Assembly: GCA_052035405.1 (NCBI GenBank)
Contig: JBPOHQ010000006.1
Location: forward strand, 8,039 to 72,038
Direction: 5' to 3'
Source: Candidatus Nomurabacteria bacterium
Lineage (GTDB): Bacteria; Patescibacteriota; Minisyncoccia; Phycocordibacterales; UBA9973
DNA: 64,000 nucleotides
Shown here: one piece after another, positions 30,782 through 40,745 of the stretch
Position numbering within the stretch: the first letter of the stretch is position 1
Layout: each line of letters begins with the position of its first letter
The notes under the pieces: model-generated
The model's input: the letters and a program-made list of their open reading frames with translations, nothing else
What the model was told of the DNA's origin: nothing
Databases searched by the model: none
Position numbers and translations under genes: made by a program

Positions 30782-32689
30782 TTACTGAGTCTTAAGAGTT
30801 TGAAATTTTACTTTCTCTTCTTTGCCAGGAATTATTTTATCTGGTTGAAATACTTTATTTAGTTTTACAATATTTTTCTTTGTAGTTATAGAGCCATCAC
30901 GATGGAGCTTGAGTTCAAGAAGCATGCCTTGCATGGTGGCTTCGGAGAATTTCTGATCAAAGATAAAGTTACCCAGTGAGTAGGCGATAAAACTATTTTT
31001 ATATACTTCAGTATCTTCTATTACATGTGGATGGTGTCCAATGACGATTTTCGCTCCTGCGTCTACTGCTTTATGAGCCAAATATTCTTGTCTCTTGTTG
31101 TGAGTAGTTTTATATTCATCTCCGAAGTGGAATGACACAACGAGGTAGTCTACCTGTTTTGCGGCGTTAGCGACTATCTCATCAAAGCGGGGATTGCTTG
31201 CAAGGAGGAGCCCTGAGTTGGCCTCAGTTACTTTCATCCAATTTGGTCCGACATCAGAGAATCCTAGGTATCCTATTTTCATACCATACTTTTCAATAAC
31301 TTTTGGACTCTCTGCTTCTTCGAGTGTCCCGCCTCCAGTATAGAGGATTTCATTTTCTGTAAGTCTTGCGAGTGTGTCAGTGTATGCAGTTCGTCCCCAA
31401 TCTCCGACGTGGTTGTTTGCAACAGAGACAATATCAATCCCTGCACCCTTGAGTGCTGGGATGACTGATGGATCCATGCGGAAAGAGTAAATACTTCCTC
31501 CATCGCTTCCTTTGTCTGAGGCTGTACCTTCAAGGTTTGCGAAAACGATATCTGATTTTTTTAGTAGTGCTAATTTCTCAAAGAGTGCTGAGTAGTCACC
31601 ATTAAAGTTTTTATTTACAGAATTTCTCACTCCGCGATCAAGCATGATATCTCCACCAAAAGCGAGAGTTACGTATTCTGGTTCTCGTAAATCTGGTAAG
31701 TCGAGTCTTTCTTTTATCCAGTCTGCACTTGCATCTGCTTGCCCTCCATAATACACATTCTTTTTTAAATAGTTCAAAATACTGAGCACATCTTTTTTTC
31801 TGTCGTTACTGCGAAGAAGCACGATACCGATAGGTCTGGTGCTTTCTTTGCCGAGCGGTAAAGCAAAGGTAGATATCACTGTTTGTTTTGCAGGGTCTGT
31901 AAAGCCACTCTTACCGCCAATATATCCGTCTTCTCGTAAGAATTGATTTGTACTAAACCACGTATGTTTCTTGTTTGTATAACTCCTGTTGGTCGTTATT
32001 GCGAGGACATTTTCTCGCTGTTGTTTTAAGTATCCGGTGAGTTTGAATAAATCAGAGACTGTTGATTGATTTTTCTCTGAGAGCCCACTCGGATCGCTGT
32101 ACGAAGTAGAAGACATTTTAAGCTTCTCTGCTTGGAGATTCATCTTGCTTAAAAAAGTATCTCGCCCGAAGTGTTCTGCGATTATCTCCGCTGCATCGTT
32201 ACTTGATTCGAGCAGGAGAGGGTAGATGAGGTCAGGGATTTTTATTTTTTCTCCCACTTTGAAATTACCGTTTTCTCCATATGTCGCTAACGCTTTTTTA
32301 CTTACTTTTGCCACCTGTTCATCTGTGTTTGTGGTGAGTTCGTTTGCGACAAGTGCAGTCATGAGTTTAGAAACAGAAGCGATAGGGTATTTCTTTTCAG
32401 GATTTTTTGCGAGGATGATTTCACCAGTGTTCAAGTCTCCGACAATGTAGGCTTCTGCTCCTATTTTTGGTTTTACATTTTCTTCTTTTACAAAATAAAA
32501 ATAGGTAGGCTTACCGCTACCATCTTGCGAGCTTGGATTTATCGCTAAAGCCATGTTTTCAATCTTTGGTTCATCTATCCTTGTGTAAGAAGCATGATTA
32601 AAGGCAAGAGAAGTCAAAAATATTCCCGTACCAATAGCAAGTAGGGTAAAGAATCCAAGTCTTAATTTTTCTTTTGTTTCTGAATTCAT
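30782..32689 (-). CDS. Fusion protein: N-terminal S11 D-Ala-D-Ala carboxypeptidase (PBP5-like) domain joined to a C-terminal CapA/PGA_cap metallophosphoesterase-like domain
   Basis: N-terminal TM segment, then SxxK (IASVSKLMTALVA), SxN and KTG-like motifs. The C-terminal half has CapA-like GGDIMLDR and a GNHxH-like HHPHV metallophosphatase motif. Confidence 0.65.
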   Translation of the reverse strand: MNSETKEKLRLGFFTLLAIGTGIFLTSLAFNHASYTRIDEPKIENMALAINPSSQDGSGKPTYFYFVKEENVKPKIGAEAYIVGDLNTGEIILAKNPEKKYPIASVSKLMTALVANELTTNTDEQVAKVSKKALATYGENGNFKVGEKIKIPDLIYPLLLESSNDAAEIIAEHFGRDTFLSKMNLQAEKLKMSSTSYSDPSGLSEKNQSTVSDLFKLTGYLKQQRENVLAITTNRSYTNKKHTWFSTNQFLREDGYIGGKSGFTDPAKQTVISTFALPLGKESTRPIGIVLLRSNDRKKDVLSILNYLKKNVYYGGQADASADWIKERLDLPDLREPEYVTLAFGGDIMLDRGVRNSVNKNFNGDYSALFEKLALLKKSDIVFANLEGTASDKGSDGGSIYSFRMDPSVIPALKGAGIDIVSVANNHVGDWGRTAYTDTLARLTENEILYTGGGTLEEAESPKVIEKYGMKIGYLGFSDVGPNWMKVTEANSGLLLASNPRFDEIVANAAKQVDYLVVSFHFGDEYKTTHNKRQEYLAHKAVDAGAKIVIGHHPHVIEDTEVYKNSFIAYSLGNFIFDQKFSEATMQGMLLELKLHRDGSITTKKNIVKLNKVFQPDKIIPGKEEKVKFQTLKTQ

Positions 32690-32690
32690 T

Positions 32691-34748
32691 TTATATTAAT
32701 ACGTAGTCTATGGTTTTCTTTTCTAGATCCACAGACTTTACTTTCATCTTAACATGATTACCAAGACGGTATCGGGTTTTGTGTTTTTGTCCAACCATTT
32801 CCATTTTCTTTTCATCAAATACATAGAAATCATCTTTCATGTCACGTACTCGAACGAGCCCTTCGCACTTGGTTTCTACTTCTTCTACGTACACGCCCCA
32901 TTCGCTGATGCCGCTAATGATACCTTTGAAGTTCTCACCAATACGGGTAGACATGTATTCAACTTGTTTGTATTTGATAGATGAGCGTTCAGCATCACTT
33001 GCTTTCTTTTCTTGTTCAGAAGATACTCGAGACATCTTATCAAATTCTTTGTACATTTCTTTTTTGATTTTCTTATCACTCAAATAACTCATGAGTAGTC
33101 TATGTACCATCATGTCGGGGTATCGTCTGATAGGGGAAGTGAAGTGTGTGTAGTATTCAAATGCAAGTCCATAGTGTCCAATGTTTTCTGTTGAATATAT
33201 AGCCTTCGCCATAGACCGTATTACTGCTCTGTGGATAGTGTCTTTCTCATCTTTATTCTTTAAATTATTTAAAAGTTTGTTTATTTCAAAAGAAGGAATG
33301 AGGCCGTTTTTAAGAGCTACCTTATATCCGAGGCTCTTTAAAAAGAACACCAAATCCTCGGTCTTTTCTTTGCTTGGCAAATCGTGTACTCGATACACAA
33401 AGATTCCTTCTTTCTCCTTTTTTATTTTCTTTGAGACAAATTCTGCAACTTTTTTATTTGCGAGCAGCATAAACTCTTCGATGAGTCTATTTGAATCAGT
33501 TCGTTCTTTTTTGATAACTTTTATTGGTTTACCAGTTTCATCCAGAATAAATTTTACTTCTTCTTGATCGAGAGAGACCGAGCCGTGTTCAAACCTGTCT
33601 TTTGTTAATTTTTTTGCGATGGTGTTTAGTGTAGAAAGTTCTTTGTGGTAGAGAAGATTTGGTTTTTGAATAGATTCAAATGCTTCTTCGTAGGTAAATC
33701 TTTTGTCTGAGTGTATGACAGTGCGTCCGTACCACTCACTTTTTATTTCTGCATTTTTATTCATGACAAATACCGCACTCATCGTGAGTCGATCAACGTC
33801 TGGAAGCAGGGAACACAGGTCATTTGAAAGCTCTTCTGGAAGCATAGGTATGGTTCGGTCTACGAGGTATACCGACGTCGCTCTTTCACGAGCTTCTTTG
33901 TCTATTGCACCTCCTTCTTTTACGTAATGAGTAACATCAGCAATATGAATACCTATTTCAAATTCATCCGGACCTAATTCTTTAAATGACAATGCATCGT
34001 CAAAATCTTTCGCAGTATCAGGATCTATAGTGAAAGTAAGTGTTCCTCTGAAATCTCTTCTATTTTTAAAATCTTCAGGTTTTACTCCAGCTATTTTTAT
34101 ATTTCTTGCTTCGAGTTCGACGTGATCAGGCAGTACACTATCAAAACCTTTCTCAATTGCGATAGAATGCATCTCCGTTTCGTTGTCTCCTGGACGTCCG
34201 AGGATTTTGATAACTTTTCCTATTGGAGCTTTCTTGTGGTCTTTCCAAGAAGTCAGTTCTACAAAAACTTTCTGATTTACCACTGCACCAGCGAGTTCGC
34301 TTTCTGGAATTAAAATATCAGTATACATTTTTGTATCATCTGGTTTTAAGAAGTAGAGGGTGTCTTCTTTTTCAAGAACTCCAACGAAAGCTTTCTTTGC
34401 TCTGGTTAGTATCTCAGTAACCTCTGCTGTCTGTCGCCCATGACCTTTAGGGTGGAGGAGTACTTTAACCGTGTCGCCATTGAGTGCTGTGTTTAAGTGT
34501 CTGTAGTCAATTTCCGCATCCTCTGTTTGTCCTGGGACTTCGATATAGCCAGTAGCTTTAGAAGATACAGAGATGATACCTTCCATACTCCTTGATTGTA
34601 TAGGTTTTTTCTGGATAGATCGTGGAAAGGCCTTAAAATTTGATTTTTGAGATCTTTTTTTATTCTTGTTTTTATCTTGTTTCATCCTTTTAATATAGCA
34701 TGTTAGCCCTTTTTTTATAAGGATTTCAGTATACCATGAGCTTGACAA
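32691..34748 (-). CDS. rnr: Ribonuclease R / RNase II family exoribonuclease
   Basis: RNB catalytic motif (DPDTAKDFDDALSF), cold-shock-like N-terminus, C-terminal S1 domain. Confidence 0.85.
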   Translation of the reverse strand: MSSSWYTEILIKKGLTCYIKRMKQDKNKNKKRSQKSNFKAFPRSIQKKPIQSRSMEGIISVSSKATGYIEVPGQTEDAEIDYRHLNTALNGDTVKVLLHPKGHGRQTAEVTEILTRAKKAFVGVLEKEDTLYFLKPDDTKMYTDILIPESELAGAVVNQKVFVELTSWKDHKKAPIGKVIKILGRPGDNETEMHSIAIEKGFDSVLPDHVELEARNIKIAGVKPEDFKNRRDFRGTLTFTIDPDTAKDFDDALSFKELGPDEFEIGIHIADVTHYVKEGGAIDKEARERATSVYLVDRTIPMLPEELSNDLCSLLPDVDRLTMSAVFVMNKNAEIKSEWYGRTVIHSDKRFTYEEAFESIQKPNLLYHKELSTLNTIAKKLTKDRFEHGSVSLDQEEVKFILDETGKPIKVIKKERTDSNRLIEEFMLLANKKVAEFVSKKIKKEKEGIFVYRVHDLPSKEKTEDLVFFLKSLGYKVALKNGLIPSFEINKLLNNLKNKDEKDTIHRAVIRSMAKAIYSTENIGHYGLAFEYYTHFTSPIRRYPDMMVHRLLMSYLSDKKIKKEMYKEFDKMSRVSSEQEKKASDAERSSIKYKQVEYMSTRIGENFKGIISGISEWGVYVEEVETKCEGLVRVRDMKDDFYVFDEKKMEMVGQKHKTRYRLGNHVKMKVKSVDLEKKTIDYVLI

Positions 34749-34823
34749 AATGTCTATAATATGCTAGACTGTAGAGGTAATAAGGTGTCTCGGAGTTTTT
34801 AATTAATTCAAAAAATAAACATT

Positions 34824-35888
34824 ATGATGAACCAAACAAACAACAAAATATCTAGTAAAATGTTGAAACTGAAGGCTCTTTTCATGGTGCTCATCATGAT
34901 TCTCGGTTTTTCTTTTCCTGGTGGATCTGCACAAGCATGTGATTGTGCATTTACTTTTGCTGGGGGTAGTTATTGGCTTAATGGTCAATACTTTGCTAAC
35001 GGCGATTATCCTACGGATGTCTCTTTTGTGACTCTCGCTGACTACTTAACAGCTGGGGGTTATTTTACTCCTGCAGATTATGCTGCTTTAGCTTCGTACC
35101 TGACACCAGCTGACTATGCTACTCTTGCATCATACTTAACTCCTGCAGACTATGCAGTACTCGCTGATTATATGACTCCAGCTGATTATGTAGCTGTTGC
35201 AGATTACTTAACTCCAGCGGACTACCAAACTCTTGCATCATACTTAACTCCTGCAGATTATGAAGTACTCGCTTCATACCTTACTCCTGCGGACTATCTC
35301 GTACTTGCAGATTACCTAACACCAGCGGATTATCTTACTTTAGCTGACTATCTGACTCCTGCAGATTACTTAGTATTAGCTGACTACCTTACTCCAGCAG
35401 ATTACCAAGTACTTGCTTCATACCTCACTCCAGCTGATTATCAAGTGCTCGGTGATTATTTAACACCTGCTGACTATCAAGTATTAGCTGACTACCTAAC
35501 ACCAGCGGATTATCTTACTTTAGCTGACTATCTGACTCCTGCAGATTACTTAGTATTAGCTGACTACCTTACTCCAGCTGATTACCAAGTGTTGGGAGAC
35601 TATATGACATTAGCGGATTACCAAGCTGTTGCAGATTATTTAACACCAGCTGACTATGCAGTACTCGCTGATTACTTTACTATCGCTGATTATGCAACTT
35701 CTGCAGATTATGCTGCTAGTGGTGATTACGCTACCCAAGCTGCATACGTGGCAGTTCCACAATACGCTACAGAGTCTTCATATGTAACTCCTATGGAATA
35801 CAGAACAGAGTCTTCATATGTTGCAAATCCACAATACGCTACCCAGGCTGCATATGCGACAAATAGTGGGTACGCGATGGTTCCTTAA
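34824..35888 (+). CDS. Secreted tandem-repeat protein built from about 25 copies of a 12-aa (36-bp) unit (A/S)DYLTPADYxxL
   Basis: Signal peptide ending GGSAQA and a CDC motif. The body is near-identical DYLTPADY repeats, including an exact ~94-bp internal duplication (35307-35400 and 35487-35580). The C-terminus is Tyr/Ala/Thr-rich. Confidence 0.6.
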   Translation: MMNQTNNKISSKMLKLKALFMVLIMILGFSFPGGSAQACDCAFTFAGGSYWLNGQYFANGDYPTDVSFVTLADYLTAGGYFTPADYAALASYLTPADYATLASYLTPADYAVLADYMTPADYVAVADYLTPADYQTLASYLTPADYEVLASYLTPADYLVLADYLTPADYLTLADYLTPADYLVLADYLTPADYQVLASYLTPADYQVLGDYLTPADYQVLADYLTPADYLTLADYLTPADYLVLADYLTPADYQVLGDYMTLADYQAVADYLTPADYAVLADYFTIADYATSADYAASGDYATQAAYVAVPQYATESSYVTPMEYRTESSYVANPQYATQAAYATNSGYAMVP

Positions 35889-35930
35889 GAGACAGATTGC
35901 CTTTTTTGGAAATTGTGCTAAACTCTCATT

Positions 35931-36239
35931 ATGTTGAAAATAAGATTACAAAGAATAGGAAGAAAGAACGATCCGAGCTTCAGAGCTGTTTTGACTGATT
36001 CAAAAAATGCTGCAAAGAGTGGTAAATTTTTGGAAATAGTTGGAACATACAATCCAAAGGCAGGTGAGACCACTTTCGATGCTGACAGAATAAAACATTG
36101 GATATCTAAAGGTGCAAAACTTTCAGATACAATGCACAACTTCTTAGTATCAAAAAAGATTATTTCTGGAAAGAAAGTAAACGTACTTTCAAAGAAAAAA
36201 CCAACTCTTAAAAGAAAAGAGTTGAAGAAGACTAAATAG
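35931..36239 (+). CDS. rpsP: 30S ribosomal protein S16 with a Lys-rich C-terminal extension
   Basis: MLKIRLQRIGRKNDPSFR N-terminus. Confidence 0.85.
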   Translation: MLKIRLQRIGRKNDPSFRAVLTDSKNAAKSGKFLEIVGTYNPKAGETTFDADRIKHWISKGAKLSDTMHNFLVSKKIISGKKVNVLSKKKPTLKRKELKKTK

Positions 36240-36322
36240 TTTTATATAATTAAGAAAGCAGTGCAATAACTTTTTGGTCGTACGCTGCTACCTGATTAAA
36301 AATATTAATCCGAATTGAAATT

Positions 36323-36649
36323 ATGGATACTGACAAAGAATTTCTAGAGTATGTTGTAAAGGCTCTTGTTGATAATCCGAACGATGTAAAAATCGATCGA
36401 ACTGTCGACGAAATGGGTGTACTTATCAGTCTTACGGTTAACCCTGCAGATATGGGTAAAATCATCGGACGAATGGGTAACACAGCAAAGGCTATCCGAA
36501 CATTGCTCCGAATAATCGGTATGAAGAATAATGCTCGCGTTAATCTAAAGATTAACGAACCAGCAGGCTCTGAAAGACCAGCACCAGCTCACTCATCAAA
36601 CACGATGAAGACTGTTGATCAAGCAATGGAAGACCTGAAAGGAATATAG
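36323..36649 (+). CDS. KH-domain RNA-binding protein (YlqC/UPF0109)
   Basis: GKIIGRMGNTAKAIRTL KH GXXG motif. Conserved position between rpsP and trmD. Confidence 0.75.
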   Translation: MDTDKEFLEYVVKALVDNPNDVKIDRTVDEMGVLISLTVNPADMGKIIGRMGNTAKAIRTLLRIIGMKNNARVNLKINEPAGSERPAPAHSSNTMKTVDQAMEDLKGI

Positions 36650-36692
36650 ACTTTTTAAAAAGAACCTCGACGAAAGTTGGGGTTCTTTTGTT

Positions 36693-37376
36693 TTGTGTTA
36701 TATTGAAGATATGCGTTTTCATATTATCACCATTTTCCCAGACATCTTTAGCTCTTACTTAGGAGAGTCTATTTTAGGGCGAGCGATAGAAAATAAAAAG
36801 ATTCAAATAAGATTTTATAATCCAAGAGATTTCTTGCCCAAGAAGGAGAATAACTACAAACCAGTAGACGAACGACCTTATGGTGGAGGTCCTGGTATGG
36901 TGATGAAAGCAGAGCCTATTTTGAAAGCGGTAGAAAAAGCCGTTTCAAAAATTAAAGATAAGAAAAAGATTTTGGTAATAAATTTTATTCCAAGTGCAGA
37001 GAAATTTACAACAGAGTTCGCAAAAAAAGTTTCAAAAAAATACGAAGATATTGTTTTAATTTGTGGACGGTATGAGGGCATAGATGCTCGTGTAGATAAG
37101 ATTTTAAAAACTAAAAAAATTTCGATAGGGGACTATGTACTCACAGGCGGGGAGCTTCCTGCGATGATAGTCGTGGATTGTGTTGCTCGGCAAATCCCAG
37201 GAGTACTCGGAAAATTTGAGTCTCTTGAAGAAGAGAGGATTTCTAGTAGCGAAGTCTATACCAGGCCTGAAATCCTAGAATATAAAGGTAAAAAGCATAA
37301 AGTACCTAAAGTCCTGCTCTCTGGAGATCATAAAAAAATAGAAGAGTGGAAGAAGTTAGGTGCTCAAAAAAAGTAG
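36693..37376 (+). CDS. trmD: tRNA (guanine37-N1)-methyltransferase
   Basis: MRFHIITIFPDIF N-terminus and GGGPGMVM SAM-binding loop. Confidence 0.9.
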   Translation: MCYIEDMRFHIITIFPDIFSSYLGESILGRAIENKKIQIRFYNPRDFLPKKENNYKPVDERPYGGGPGMVMKAEPILKAVEKAVSKIKDKKKILVINFIPSAEKFTTEFAKKVSKKYEDIVLICGRYEGIDARVDKILKTKKISIGDYVLTGGELPAMIVVDCVARQIPGVLGKFESLEEERISSSEVYTRPEILEYKGKKHKVPKVLLSGDHKKIEEWKKLGAQKK

Positions 37377-37392
37377 TATTCACAAGTATTAT

Positions 37393-37420
37393 TTGACAAA
37401 CTTCTAAAAATAAGTATACT
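37393..37420 (+). promoter_or_regulatory. Sigma-70-type promoter upstream of rpoBC
   Basis: TTGACA (37393-37398), 16-nt spacer, TATACT (37415-37420), about 165 nt upstream of the rpoB ATG. Confidence 0.5.
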
Positions 37421-37586
37421 ATCTTTGATTGTATAGATTGTGTCTCGGATGTACTCCAATCGTGTTTGATTAATAAGGTTTTATTAACTTAATTATTAGT
37501 ATCCGAAATATATATTATAAAAGCTAAAGAAAGCATAATGCTTTTTTCTTTGCGTTTTATGTACTTATTTCGATTTTTATAAACAC

Positions 37587-40500
37587 ATGCAAACAGACAT
37601 CCATCGTCCGAAGAAGTATTTTGGGAGATACAAAAAACCTCTCATAGAGTTTCCTAACTTAATCGAATCTCAGGTTAAGTCATTCAAGTGGTTGATAGAG
37701 ACTGGTGTCGGAGAAGTATTCAAAGAATTTTCTCCTATCTCTGATTATTCAGGGAAAAAATTCCAGTTAGAGTTTACTTCATTCTCTCTTTCTGAATCAA
37801 AAACAGATGAGACAGAATCAAAGGTAAATAAACTTTCTTATCAAGGTCACTTGAAGGCGAGAGTTAAACTAACAAATAAAATTTTAGGTACCGTGAAAGA
37901 GCAAGAGATCTTTATGTCTGAGATCCCATTAATGACTGCTCATGGAACCTTTATTATAAATGGTGTAGAGCGTGTCATAGTTCCTCAGCTAGCACGTTCT
38001 TTTGGTGTTTTCTTTACAGAGTCTGAAAGTAAAGGAAGGAAATACTTTGGTGCAAAGATCATCCCAGCACGAGGTGTTTGGATTGAGATAGAAGCTGAAG
38101 CGGATGGAGCTATCTATGTACGTATTGATAAGAAGCGAAAATTCCCAGTCACTGCACTCCTTCGCGTAATGGGATTCAACGATAGTGAGACTATCCTCAA
38201 AGAGTTCGGACAAAACGAAGTCGCTGATGCGACCATAAAAGCATGTCTTGCAAAAGATACTGCAAAATCTGTAAATGATTCTTATATTGAGATATATAAG
38301 CGTCTCCGTGATGGTGATATGGCTACTCCAGAAAACGCGAAAGAGTTTATTGACTCATTGTTTACTACAGAGCGATATGACCTTTCTCCAGTAGGACGAT
38401 ACCGATTCAATAAGCGTTTTGAAAAGTCTATGGATGAAAAAGAACTTCTCCGAAGAACCATTTCAAAAGAAGATTTACTTTCTATTGTTTTACACATTAT
38501 TTCATTAAACAACGATCCAGCTGCAAAATCAGATGATATCGATCACTTAGGTCAAAGACGAGTACGTTTCGTTGGAGAAATGCTTCAACAAAAAATCCGT
38601 ACTGGTATGATGCAAATTAAGAGAAACATTCAAGACAGAATGTCTATTGTTGATGTTGATACAGCTATTCCAATACAAATCATAAACCAGAGACCTCTTC
38701 AGGCTCGTATTAAAGAATTCTTTACTACAAACCAGTTGTCTCAATTCATGGCTCAAGAAAACGTCCTATACGAGATGGAGCACTTACGTACGCTTTCAGC
38801 ACTTGGACCCGGAGGTCTCACTCGTGAGCGAGCAGGTCTTGAAGTTCGTGACGTGCATCCTTCTCACTATGGCCGTGTATGTCCTATCCACACACCAGAA
38901 GGTCCAAACATTGGTCTTATTTTGCACTTGGCTACTTATGCAAAGATTAACGATTTCGGAATCATTGAAACTCCGTACATAAAAGTAAATAAAGGAAAAA
39001 TCACAGGAGAAGTGGTGTATTTAAATGCACTTGAAGAAGAAAAATACAACATTGCTCATGCTGGTATTCCATACGATGAAGAAGGAAAAATAACTGCTAA
39101 AAAAGTTGCTGCACGCGTAAAGACAGAACCTGGAGAGATAGACAAAGACGAAGTGGATTTTATTGATGTCGCAACGAACCAAGCTTTCTCTCTTGCTACT
39201 TCTATGATTCCATTCTTAGAACATGATGACGCAAATCGTGCTCTCATGGGAAGTAATATGCAGAAGCAAGCTGTTCCTTGCGTTCTACCAGAAGCTCCAC
39301 TTGTAGGAACTGGTGTTGAAGAACTAGCTTCACGTGATTCAGGAAGACTTGTTATCTCAGAAGAAGAAGGAACTGTGTCATATGTAGATGGAAGAAAAGT
39401 TGTCATCAAAGGAAAGAAAGAAACAACATATCCTCTCGTAAACTTCTTGCGTAATAACAACTTTGCTGCCTTTCATCAGCGTCCTATTGTAAACGTTGGA
39501 GATAAAGTAAAGAAGGGAGAAGTGCTTGCTGATACTTCAAGTAGTGTTGGTGGACAGATCTCAATCGGTCAAAATATTTTCGTAGCATTCTTGTCATGGT
39601 CTGGTTCAAACTACGAAGATGCTATCATCGTATCTCAAAGACTAGTAAAGCAAAGTAAATTTACATCTCTCTATATAGAAGAATTCGTATGTGTCGTTCG
39701 TGATACAAAACTTGGACCCGAGATCACTACTCGCGATATTCCAAATGTTGGAGAATTAAAACTCAAAGATCTTGATGAAGACGGTATTATCCGTATTGGT
39801 GCGGAAGTAAGAGAAAACGATATTTTGGTTGGTAAAATTACACCAAAAGGTGAGACAGAACTTACTCCAGAAGAAAGACTTCTTAGGTCTATCTTTGCTG
39901 AAAAGGCTCGTGACGTAAAAGATACATCACTTCGCATGGAACACGGAAAGCGTGGACGTATTACTGGAGTAAAAATATTCTCTCGTGATATGGGTCATAC
40001 ACTTGAAGCGGGGATTATAAAGAAAATAGTTATTGAGGTTGCTCAAATTAGAAATATTTCAGTTGGAGATAAACTCTCAGGACGTCACGGAAACAAAGGT
40101 GTCATCTCAACTATTCTTCCAGAAGAAGATATGCCATACATGGCAGATGGTACTCCAGTAGATATCATCCTTTCGCCACTTGGTGTTCCTTCTCGTATGA
40201 ACTTGGGACAGATTTTGGAAATGCATCTTGGGCTTGCTGCAAATACTCTTGGTTACCAAGCTATCGTGCCTCCATTCTTAGGAGCGAAGCATGAAGAAAT
40301 AAGTGGAGAATTAGTGAAAGCAGGATTCCCAGAAAATGGTCGCGTGAAACTCTTTGATGGACGAACAGGAGAAGCTTTCGGTCAAGATGTTGCCGTTGGG
40401 TATATGTATATGTTGAAACTTCACCACATGGTAGAAGACAAAATTCACATGCGTTCAATTGGTCCGTACTCACTTATCACTCAGCAACCACTCGGAGGTA

Positions 40501-40745
40501 AAGCTCAAGGTGGAGGACAGAGATTCGGAGAAATGGAGGTGTGGGCACTTGAAGGATACGGAGCTGCATACTCATTACGAGAAATGTTAACAGTAAAGTC
40601 TGATGATATCGCTGGTCGTTCACAGACATTTGATTCCATTATTAAAAATGAAATTATCAAAGCGCCAAATTCTCCAGCATCATTCAATGTAATGCTTAAT
40701 TACTTGAGAGGATTAGCCCTTGATGTTAACTTGAAAAAAATATAA
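37587..40745 (+). CDS. rpoB: DNA-directed RNA polymerase subunit beta
   Basis: Full-length beta subunit with conserved rifampicin-region and catalytic motifs (e.g. GEMEVWALEGYGAA). Confidence 0.95.
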   Translation: MQTDIHRPKKYFGRYKKPLIEFPNLIESQVKSFKWLIETGVGEVFKEFSPISDYSGKKFQLEFTSFSLSESKTDETESKVNKLSYQGHLKARVKLTNKILGTVKEQEIFMSEIPLMTAHGTFIINGVERVIVPQLARSFGVFFTESESKGRKYFGAKIIPARGVWIEIEAEADGAIYVRIDKKRKFPVTALLRVMGFNDSETILKEFGQNEVADATIKACLAKDTAKSVNDSYIEIYKRLRDGDMATPENAKEFIDSLFTTERYDLSPVGRYRFNKRFEKSMDEKELLRRTISKEDLLSIVLHIISLNNDPAAKSDDIDHLGQRRVRFVGEMLQQKIRTGMMQIKRNIQDRMSIVDVDTAIPIQIINQRPLQARIKEFFTTNQLSQFMAQENVLYEMEHLRTLSALGPGGLTRERAGLEVRDVHPSHYGRVCPIHTPEGPNIGLILHLATYAKINDFGIIETPYIKVNKGKITGEVVYLNALEEEKYNIAHAGIPYDEEGKITAKKVAARVKTEPGEIDKDEVDFIDVATNQAFSLATSMIPFLEHDDANRALMGSNMQKQAVPCVLPEAPLVGTGVEELASRDSGRLVISEEEGTVSYVDGRKVVIKGKKETTYPLVNFLRNNNFAAFHQRPIVNVGDKVKKGEVLADTSSSVGGQISIGQNIFVAFLSWSGSNYEDAIIVSQRLVKQSKFTSLYIEEFVCVVRDTKLGPEITTRDIPNVGELKLKDLDEDGIIRIGAEVRENDILVGKITPKGETELTPEERLLRSIFAEKARDVKDTSLRMEHGKRGRITGVKIFSRDMGHTLEAGIIKKIVIEVAQIRNISVGDKLSGRHGNKGVISTILPEEDMPYMADGTPVDIILSPLGVPSRMNLGQILEMHLGLAANTLGYQAIVPPFLGAKHEEISGELVKAGFPENGRVKLFDGRTGEAFGQDVAVGYMYMLKLHHMVEDKIHMRSIGPYSLITQQPLGGKAQGGGQRFGEMEVWALEGYGAAYSLREMLTVKSDDIAGRSQTFDSIIKNEIIKAPNSPASFNVMLNYLRGLALDVNLKKI

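Noticed and set aside
34990-35700. Regular short DNA repeats suggestive of a CRISPR array
   Set aside because: The repeats are 36-bp in-frame coding repeats with no unique spacers, inside a signal-peptide-bearing ORF. It is not a CRISPR array, and no cas genes are present.
37529-37548. Short hairpin AAAGCAT-A-ATGCTTTTTT in the rpoB leader
   Set aside because: The 6-bp AT-rich stem is too weak to call an attenuator without expression data.
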